From Octopus sinensis (lineage: Eukaryota), in NCBI RefSeq assembly GCF_006345805.1, contig NC_043008.1, positions 31,000,001 to 31,064,000 of the forward strand: a DNA stretch of 64,000 nucleotides. Direction: 5' to 3'. Made by a program: the position numbers and the translations under genes. Below, in pieces: positions 53,952-64,000 of the stretch. The notes beneath the pieces are model-generated. The model was not told the DNA's origin and searched no databases. It saw only the letters and a list, made by a program, of their open reading frames with translations. Positions within the stretch are counted from its first letter, which is position 1. Every line of letters begins with the position of its first letter.

Positions 53952-54850
53952 TATATTCTTGTGTATGTGTATTTTGTTTCATATTTATATTTGCATAGGC
54001 ACAATGAGATACCTTTATCTACAGGCTGAAACAGCTGTAAGATCCATTTTATATGTATTATTTTTATGGTATTATCTTACTTATTGATGTATATTGTTTT
54101 ATTCTGTTGGATTTGGATGTTCCTATTTAAGTAGTTAATAAATAATATGAATTGGTATTATCTGTAAGTTGATAATTGAAAGGAATCTGTTCCTCCATTT
54201 TCTTATTATATTATTATATATATATATACGCATGTGTGTGCGTGTGTGTATGACTCCCTTTATTTCTCTAAATATATTTGCTCTTTTTCCCTCACCTGGT
54301 TACTGAATATAAACGGTTCATCAAAATGTAAGATTTGTATTATTTAATTTCCCTGTCAGAAGAATTTTTAATAGGAAATTCCTTACCTGTCTACCTAACG
54401 TGTAAAACTTAGCAATTCTTATTAGTAAATCAAACACGTGCAAATAATATTTCTATAATTCTCAATTTTAATATGTATTTGTACTTACATTCAGTCGCAA
54501 CTGGGACTACATACTAGATTGTAATAATGGAATGAACAGACGTGCTTCAAGAGGAACAGCTGGGATTTACCTAACTACTTATATGTAGATATATTTATTT
54601 ATATTAAGGACATTACTATACATAAATGCCTCACGCTAGGAGGTACTCTTAAAGTCAAAACTACTGTTGCAATCACATTTTATCGAACGTGAGGGAATGC
54701 AACTCTCGAAGCGAGCTTTTTGAAAACAGATTCAGCCGCAGATCATATGATTTCATAATTAGTCCACAAAAATGTACTTTTTAATCTTCAGCACAGGCAT
54801 AATCAAGAAACATAAAAATAAACAAATTCAGGGCTGAACTTTATACATAC

Positions 54851-54900
<50 letters not shown>

Positions 54901-54959
54901 GGCAAACCTGTTGTTGAAAATGCACTTTAATTTGAAAATGTTGTAATTGTTTTTAAATA

Positions 54960-56345
54960 AATTTATTTACATATATACCAAATTGGGCCAAAACCGGGAC
55001 AGTCGGTGGTACCAACCAAATGTGAGATGCCGAATGTGTTAAATCTCTCACATAAAACCCTTTCAAAATTCTCGCAAAAGGACTGAAATTCCCCCAACAC
55101 CACAAAGGTCGAACCTAAATGATATACAAAATGATATCCAGGAATTCTGCAGATAACCTTGAGTCACTGAAGAACTGTTGGATAAAGAAACTTATGATCA
55201 CTGTTAATAAAAGTAACTATTGTCCGACAAAAGAAAGAAATCAAACTCTGGATAACTTTTGTGATTTGGTATCCAGTTATCCCTATAATTTAATCCCACC
55301 TCGAAAATTTAAAACAAATACAAGTCGAGAAGAATGGGAAATCATTAAATATCTCAAGGAGGATCATAATATAATTATAAAAGAAGCCGATAAAGCGAGT
55401 GCTGTAGTAATCATAAACTCAGAAAAATACATCAACACTATCATAATCCTCCTTTAAGAGAATACATACTAAGAAAAAAATCAACAACTACAGTCAATCC
55501 AAGATAATGGCAAAACCTTCTATCCTTATCCACCAGCTCCAACAATGTTTAACGGAAAAGGGGAGAGATTACTTGACTAGATTTGACTGCAAAACCAACA
55601 ACTTTTGTGGACTTCCTAAAATCCACAGAAGTGACGCCATAAACGAAGTCTGTAACGAATCAGCTTTTGTAGTCATAAATATTCCACACTCGAGAGATCT
55701 CAAAATGAGGCCAATTGTGGATGGACCCTAGTGTGAGACACAGATTCAGTAACTTTAAGGACGTCCTCCTTAAACCTATTCTCCAACATTTACCGAGCTT
55801 TATAAGGGATGATCTGGACGTTTTAAACCATCTCCCGAACAAAACCAGCAAGGACTCCCTTTAGGTTTCATTCGATGTAATAGACCTCTACACCTCGATT
55901 CCTCACGAATACGGAACAATAACCATACAGTACTGGCTGAAAAATTCCCAAATGACATTACTGACAGAATCGGAAAAGAATTCATCGTTGAAGGAATAAA
56001 ATTCATCCAACAGAACAACTTCTTTAACTTCAATGAGAACACTTATAGACAAAACTCGGGCACGGCGATTGGAACGAAGGTAGCCCCTATTTTTGCCAAC
56101 TTTGTCATGGCATACTTGGAAGTCCACATATACGAGCACGCTAGACTGAAATTTGGAGACAACTTCCAAAAATACTTACTCACCAACTGCAAACGCTACC
56201 TGGATGACTGTTTCATTCTGTGGCCACATAACCTTGAATAACCCTCAAAATTTAAAAACTTAATCAACAGCATTAACCACAGTATCCAGTTCACTATGGA
56301 ATACAGCCACAAACAATTACCCTTCCTGGACATCTTAGTGAAGGC
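54960..56345 (+). mobile_element. Penelope-like element RT relic (Neptune-like, tentative)
   Basis: IIIKEADKASAVVI; FCGLPKIH; MRPIV; SFDVIDLYTSIPH; GTAIGTKVAPIFAN; KRYLDDCFILW; LPFLD. Confidence 0.9.
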
Positions 56346-57231
56346 AAAACACTAAAAAGGAAAAGGAAAAGAGACTCAATTTCTCCACACAAAAAAAAAC
56401 GACCAGATACAACAAACACTTAAAAACTTTAGTAACAGTCTTCCACCTAGGTTTGGAAACCGCAACTCCAAATCACCATATAATAACACCACACAAACAC
56501 CAGTTGCTAAGGTCACCTAACTCTAGACCAATGAAATTTTACCTCCGACCAAAACCGAACTTCAGCAAATACAACAAAATGACCCTTTAAGAAAATCAAC
56601 CAACTGGAACGGCTGACAACTGTTCCCCACAGGCAGAACGACAAACTTAACCAACAAGAAAAACAAGACGTCACCAGTACTTTAAGGAATCAAAAATCAG
56701 ATCCGTTCGCGGAAAAAATTATAAATAAACCAGATTCCAATAAACGCCGTTACAAGCGAAAGTTCCCGCACACGACGGAATGAGAATCACAGAAATTGTA
56801 AACCAAACTCCTTTTCCCACTATCTTCATTTCTCCCTTGTTTTTCTCCCTCTAAACTCAGAATGACTGAAACTTTGATATTTATTTTTTGTCGATCACTA
56901 CTAACACTATTGAATTTTGTGCATTTAAACAAGATGATCCACAGTTTTTATATTATTGACTGTTAAGAGCTTGACAATATTGAAAGTTTTAAATGTTTTT
57001 CTAATTCATAATTCTAAACTTTTACCATTGATAAACAAAAAAATATTGTTGAAACTAGTTTGGTATATACGTAAATAAATTTATTTGAAAGCAATTACAA
57101 GTTTTTCAAATTTAGGTGCATTTTCAACGACAAATTTACCTAGATTTTTCCTGCGTGCAAATACATCCATTCTTTTGTTGTGTGTGTGTGTGTGTGTACA
57201 TATTTGTATATACATATATAATAACATATGT

Positions 57232-57309
<78 letters not shown>

Positions 57310-57588
57310 GCATTTATACATACGAACACACGCAACTACACACACGCACCACGCATGCATACACATGCGCACACACACGCCTAATCTTTCCAGCTGTTTC
57401 AAAACTCCGGAAGAACATTTATCCCACAAACGCCGATCATTCTCATTAGAACAATAAATGAAAGACTATGTACTGGAATTATATGTATATGCATGTACGT
57501 ATGTGTGTATATTTGTGTCTCTGTGTGCGTGTGTGTTTGTGTATGTATATATGCATGTATGTTTATATATACATACACATACATACAT

Positions 57589-57860
57589 TGAGTGAGTGAG
57601 TGAGTGAGTGAGTGAGTGAGTGAGTGAGTGAGATAGTGAGTGAGTTGAGTGAGTGAGTGAGTGAGTGAGTGAGTAAGTGAGTGAGTAAGTGAGTGAGTGA
57701 GTGAGTGAGTGAGTGAGTGAGTGAGTGTGTGAGTGAGTGAGTAAGTGAGTGAGTGAGTGAGTGAGTAAGTGAGGGAGTGTGTGAGTGAGTGAGTGAGTGA
57801 GTGAGTGAGTGAGTGAGTGAGTGAGTGAGTGAGTGAGTGAGTGAGTGAGTGAGTGAGTGA
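57589..57860. repeat. (TGAG)n tetranucleotide satellite
   Basis: Directly visible. Confidence 0.97.
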
Positions 57861-58740
57861 CAGGTTGACTTGACCCCTCATGTTAAGCTTCATAAACGTA
57901 AGAGGATGTCCATTTCCTTTACAATTTGTAGCAAAGAAATTCAAGGTGGCTTCTTTATTACAAAGACAACTAAACTGCATTTTTCGGTTCGAGTCATGTT
58001 GGTTTACTGATTACTCAGTGACAACAGATACTGGATGAAATATCCCCACATGTTAAATCAAGTGGGGTATTGATGTCACTCAATTATCGATTTGTAGGAT
58101 TTGGTGAGTCAGCGACATCAGTGGCTAAAACATGTGGTGTTGAGAAATGTCTTGTGTATAACGGAGAGAAAGTACGATGGTCTATTTTAGTGACAACAGA
58201 TGATAGGTGAAGACACAAGCAGGATGTTTATGCCTCTTAGTCACCGTTGTCAAATGTTCGGCGCAGATGTATCAAATGTGTTGGATGGATCATTGAATTA
58301 CAGGAATGAAGAGCGGTAATCTCGATGGACATCATGCATAGAATGGCCTAGTCTAGGAGGACCTTCAGTAGAAGATATTGCACACTGTAATAGTTAAACT
58401 GGCACTCAGTTCGAATGTCCGAAGAGACGGACGACATTTTAGGTCCACGAAACTTTAAGTTACAAGAGAAGCTAAACCAACGAGTTAATAAATACGATTC
58501 CAACAATACGTGCTAAGTGCTACTTTTATACGTCTATACGCACTCACACACATATACACACACACATGTATGTATGCATGTATATTTAGATAAGTAAAAA
58601 TTAGGGTAGCAAATGTACAAGCTTTGCTAGAAAGAGGACTCAACACTCCAAAGCCACAAATTTCTCACTATAAATAAACACGCACGGTTAATAAAAATAG
58701 CCCTTACCTTTACAAAACTACAAAGAAAAGTACAAACATT

Positions 58741-58796
58741 TCAGTATCAATTTATTTCACCTTTTGTGCTTAAAAACACTTAGGACCATCAGCTGA
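58741..58796 (-). ncRNA. Type I hammerhead, left-arm copy
   Basis: ucag-CUGAUGG-uccu...aggu-GAAA-uaaauuga-UA-cuga; A9G mutation. Confidence 0.65.
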
Positions 58797-58950
58797 GATT
58801 ACTGATAAACTATTTTTCAAAATCTATTCGCTACACCGTACGCGTCGTTTTTTTTTTTTTTTTTTTTTTTTTTAATGTCTCTTTGGCATTCAAGTAAACC
58901 GACGCACACGTTGTAGTGAATATATTTTGAAAAATAGCTTATCGGTAAGC

Positions 58951-59005
58951 TCAGCTGATGATCCTAAGTGTTTTTAGCACAAAAGGTGAAATCAATTGAT
59001 ATTGA
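58951..59005 (+). ncRNA. Type I hammerhead with intact core, right-arm copy
   Basis: ucag-CUGAUGA-uccu-aa-gugu-uuuua-gcac-aaa-aggu-GAAA-ucaauuga-UA-uuga; palindromic stem III. Confidence 0.75.
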
Positions 59006-59567
59006 AATGTCTGTACTTTACTTTGTATTTTTGCAAAGGTAAGGGCTATTTTTTTCTTATATGCGCTACATTAACCTACGTGTTTATTTATGGTGAGAAA
59101 TTTGTGGCTTTGGAGTGTTGACTAGCAAAGCTGGTACATTTTATACCTTATTTTTTATGTATATCTTACCTATTTTTGTTTATGTATATTTTACCTATTT
59201 TTGTATATATTTCTCTAAGAATTTTTTACATCGTCCTGACGATTTTGCTAAAACACCGCTATTTTTGAAACTGATAATCAGAGTAACAAAACAGCTAAGG
59301 CTCCCAATATGTTTACTCCAAATTTTGTATTGCCGCATATTTAAAATAACATTACGTTGCATCGAATGAATACCACAATAGCTCTTATAACTTACTATAT
59401 AATATGAGATGGTGTTCCATTGTTGAAAAATAGCCGATATAAAGCTGAAATTATCAAAACAGCGCGTATGGCGAATCAATTTTCTTACGCCATATGTCTA
59501 GAAAGCGAAGTCAGACATAATCACATGGTGTGTATGGGTATGTATATGTATATATATATATATATTT

Positions 59568-59720
59568 AATTGTCTCAGTCATTTGACTGCAGCCATGCTG
59601 GAGCATCGTCTTAAAGGGTTTTAATCGAAGAAATTGACTCCAGAACTTATACTTTGTAAATCTAGTATTTATTCGATCGTACTCTTTTGCCGAGCCGCTA
59701 AGTTACGGAGACGTAAACAC
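59568..59720 (-). mobile_element. 3' half of the abundant SINE (RTE-like tail)
   Basis: tcagtcatttgactgcagccatgctggagca...cttttgccgagccgctaagttacgg. Confidence 0.75.
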
Positions 59721-60042
59721 GGACAGGCACACACACACACACACAAACATATACATGTTTATATACGACAGACTTCTTTATACATATATATATATATACA
59801 CCCTGTAAGGTGTGGGCTTGATTCCCACGTGTACTACACGTACTTTTTTTCCGTCGAGGGAAATACTGTAATGCATCAACATAAAACTATTTTCTTAAGC
59901 CATTACATAGTGAACACTTATAAACTTGAAGCTTATAAGTATTATGGTTCTTTACAGAATTTTTACTAGTGAACGTTTCTTCATTTAACGCAGAATACGC
60001 ACGTTTCTTTGTTTACACAGCACTATCTAATTATAATTTGGT

Positions 60043-60197
60043 TGGTAGGTTGGCTTAATCGGTAGCACGCTTACCGCGAATATAAGAGATGTGGGTTCGA
60101 TTCCTTCGGGAACTAAAGCCCACTTTTTATTCTCTGTCGAGGGCTTCTATACCAAAATATTAGACTATTTTCTTTAGCCAATACATGGTGGACGTTT
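60043..60197 (+). mobile_element. Short tRNA-derived SINE; a diverged sibling lies at ~59800-59920
   Basis: tggcttaatcggtagcacg...gggttcgattcc; shared gtcgaggg...actattttctt..agcca.taca. Confidence 0.65.
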
Positions 60198-60213
60198 ATT
60201 ATTATTATTGTTA

Positions 60214-60427
60214 AGACGGCGAGCTGCTAGAAATGTTAACACGCCAGGCGAAATGCTTGGTGGTATTCCGCCCGTCGCTACGTTCTGATTTCAAATTTCC
60301 CGAAGGTCGACTTTTCCTTTCATCCTTTCGGGGTCGATAAATTAAGTACCAGTGAAGTACTGGCGTCAATGTGATCGACTTTCCCCATCTCGCAAAATTT
60401 CAAGCCATGTGCCTATAAAAGAAAGGC

Positions 60428-60428
<1 letters not shown>
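60214..60428 (+). mobile_element. SINE (Meta-like core) within (TTA)n
   Basis: Same family as 36309-36505. Confidence 0.82.
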
Positions 60429-61214
<786 letters not shown>

Positions 61215-61281
61215 TATTATTATATTATTATTATCATTATTATTATTATTATATTCATATGTGTGTATATATGTGTGTATT

Positions 61282-61354
<73 letters not shown>

Positions 61355-61589
61355 ACTGGCCTTCAATCAATCTGATTATTTCCTCCTACGTAAGTTTTCG
61401 CGCAGTTGACGCTAGTCGAGTTTTACTCATTGCAAATATGCGAGGTGTACAAATATATTATTAATACTGTTATCAACCTTGCAATCTATCGGTTGGGAGT
61501 GTTTTAGCTACAGGAAATAAATGTACTGCATAGGTGGTGTGACAGATTAAAAGGACTAAATAATATAGCATATTTGTATACCATGCACA

Positions 61590-61633
<44 letters not shown>

Positions 61634-61837
61634 CGTGCGTAAGCACAATGACTCAGAATAATCTAATTACTTCCCTTTAATCAGAAATTTATCATTACCA
61701 AGCCTAAACTAGCAAACATAGCAAACAAGCAAACTACAGTTTTTTCTTTTATCACCATCATCATCATTATCACCTTTATTATTATTATTATTATTTATTA
61801 TCACCTTTATTATTATTATTATTATTATTATTTATTA

Positions 61838-61897
<60 letters not shown>

Positions 61898-61902
<5 letters not shown>

Positions 61903-62658
61903 TAGTTTTATTATTATAGCGTACTTTCACTTCAGTACCGAGCGCAGCTCTGTGTGCCTTGCGTATGTGCTGTGGTTTGCTGTGATGCTCTTATGGTTAC
62001 TGTATTGAAAGTGTTTTGCGTAGGATGTGTGCAGTGCCCAGTAGTGTAATTTCATGTATGTTGTATATATTTGTAAGTCCTGGTGTTTTTGTTATGTATT
62101 TGTCTGAATATTTTTTTTATCATACCTAATGCGCCTACTATGAGAGGAATTGTTTCTGTTTTTAGATTCCACATTCGAGTTACCTCTATTTCCAGGTTTT
62201 GTATTTTGAAAGTTTCTCCATTTCTTTTAGAGAAACGTTGTCATCTGCTGGTATTGATATATCAATTAAAAAGCAATTTTTCTTCGTGTTCTCTGACAAT
62301 TATATCTGGCCTATTGGCCTTAATTTCTCTATCTGTGTGTATTGGCATATCCCAGAGTATGGTTGCTTTCTCGTTTTCTGTGACCTTTTCTGGTGTGTGC
62401 CTATACCATCTTTTTTCTGTTGTTATTCCATAATGTTGGCATAGCTTCCAGTGTATGTAGGTCCCAACTCTGTCGTGTCTGTGAATATATTCATTCTTAG
62501 CCAGGACTGGGCAGCCAGAGATAATATGATTTCTTGTTTCTTGTCCATCTCCACATATTCTGCAGTTACTTGTTATGTTTCTTTTCATTATATGTTTTTG
62601 GTAATTTCTGGTGGGGAGGCTTTGGTCTTGTGCTGCAATTAAAAATCCTTAAGTCTCT
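61898..62658 (-). mobile_element. 5'-truncated R4/Dong-like LINE with CCHC, RLE endonuclease and 3' UTR into (TAA)n
   Basis: AAQDQSL; CRICGDGQETRNHIISGC; RHDRV; ANRPDIIV; IVGALG; tail ctactg(aat)n. Confidence 0.92.
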
Positions 62659-62712
62659 GTTAGACTATTTTCTTTAGCCAATACATCATAGACGCTTATT
62701 ATTATTATTGTT

Positions 62713-62910
62713 AAGACGGCGAGCTGACAGAAACGTTAGCACGCCATCGAAATGCTTAGCAGTATTTCGCCTGTCGCTACGTTCTGATTTCAAATTTCCC
62801 CGAGATCGACTTTTCCTTTCCTCCTTTCGGGGTCGATAAATTAAGTACCAGTGAAGTACTGGCGTCAATGAAATTGACTTACCCCATCTCGCAAAATTTC
62901 AAGCCTTGTA
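62713..62910 (+). mobile_element. SINE (Meta-like core) within (TTA)n
   Basis: Closely matches 60214-60428, including the upstream flank. Confidence 0.82.
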
Positions 62911-62927
62911 TTATTATTATTATTATA

Positions 62928-62984
<57 letters not shown>

Positions 62985-63021
62985 GATGAAGGCGAGCTGA
63001 CAAAATCGTTAGAATGTCGAG

Positions 63022-63411
63022 TAAGGTGAAGCGAAAAAGGTACTTTTTACACAAATTTTCGAAATATGTATTTAAGAATATATTATTTATTGCAAAACGT
63101 TTTAGAAATAACTGTATTAAAATCTGAAGTTCTTAAATTTACATTTTCAGGCTCCGCAGCCCCCCTTAGAATTTTGAATAATGAACGAAAAATCAATTTA
63201 TAACACTTTGACATTCCTCATTCTATATTTTACATACATTGTTACATTCATTGATTTTCTTCTGCTAAAATGTTTAAAAACAAGTGTTAAAATCTCAAGC
63301 TCTAAAATTTATATCTTTAGGTTCCGCACTGAAATTGAAATTTCGAAATTATCTGAAAAATAGACTTTTCGACTTCGTTTTCTTTATTATTTCTAATACT
63401 AGGTCACCTAA
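63022..63411. mobile_element. hAT(m)-like MITE candidate
   Basis: Termini taaggtga...tcacctaa; subterminal g(c/t)tccgca repeats. Confidence 0.4.
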
Positions 63412-63569
63412 TATATATGTGTTACATGAGGTCTAGATTATACACACATTAAAATAAATTGAACAAATTGTCAATATTGTGGCAGAAAAGTTAATTCTTC
63501 TTTGGCAAAAGACATCTGTCCCTTGAGTTACGATTGAGTCAGTTAATCCGAAAATTTTAATCTTTCCTT

Positions 63570-64000
63570 TGCTGACGTAGAAGGGCGACTGTGATGAACG
63601 TTCTGCTGGATCTATTCCGCCAATGATCATTTTTCGATATGTCCGGTAAAAGATCTTCTCCCTGTGGTACTTTTTGTCTCTACTGCAACTATATTTTTTA
63701 AGGGAGTTGCACTTCCAACAGGAAATGTTAAATAAACCATTTGTTGCATTGTTTTTAAACACATAACACTTTGTTTGAAATGATGGCACATTTTTTCTAT
63801 TTTTCACAGATTTTAGTAATGCTTGGTACTTTAGATAAAAGTTTAAGATTGTTGGTTTAAATGACTCAGTCGTAACACAAGGGATGGATACCTTTTGGTA
63901 AAGAAGAATGATATTTTCTGCTACAATCTTGACAATTTGTTTAATTGAAGGATCTTTCTTTACATTCTTTTCTTTTTTCGTTTAAATAAAACACATTTTT
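63570..64000 (-). mobile_element. hATm-like transposase N-terminal relic
   Basis: LYQKVSIPCV...LFNISCWKC...SC...RTYRKMIIGGID. Confidence 0.55.

Larger units (their letters stand above)
58596..59157. repeat. Long diverged inverted repeat (~250-bp arms) around a poly-T spacer
   Basis: tcaacactccaaagccacaaatttctcac / gtgagaaatttgtggctttggagtgttga, and other blocks. Confidence 0.92.

Overview
AT-rich, microsatellite-laden eukaryotic (metazoan) DNA with no host gene I can confidently support. The SINE types, the (TA)n/(CA)n/(TAA)n load and an invertebrate-code mitochondrial insert suggest a coleoid cephalopod, probably Octopus (inference). Most ORF-track calls are microsatellite translations or transposon debris. 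The window holds decayed mobile elements: a CR1-group LINE (1-3.1 kb), seven R4/Dong-like LINE relics (all on the minus strand), four Penelope-like element (PLE) coding relics (two Naiad-type), a Gypsy integrase, several Tc1/mariner relics (DD34D, maT-like, DD41D), hATm-like pieces, many tRNA-derived SINEs and an ND4L-ND4 NUMT. The most notable non-obvious signals are: (i) a series of unrelated type I hammerhead-ribozyme (HHR) motifs with palindromic stem III, several inside long fold-back inverted repeats with one HHR per arm; (ii) a UGA at a conserved Cys of a Naiad zinc finger (possible selenoprotein retroelement relic); (iii) an ORF1-only LINE-like unit in head-to-tail arrangement; (iv) a terminally redundant 735-bp tandem; (v) a strong minus-strand bias of retroelements. 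All translations and folds were done by eye, and boundaries of decayed elements are approximate.
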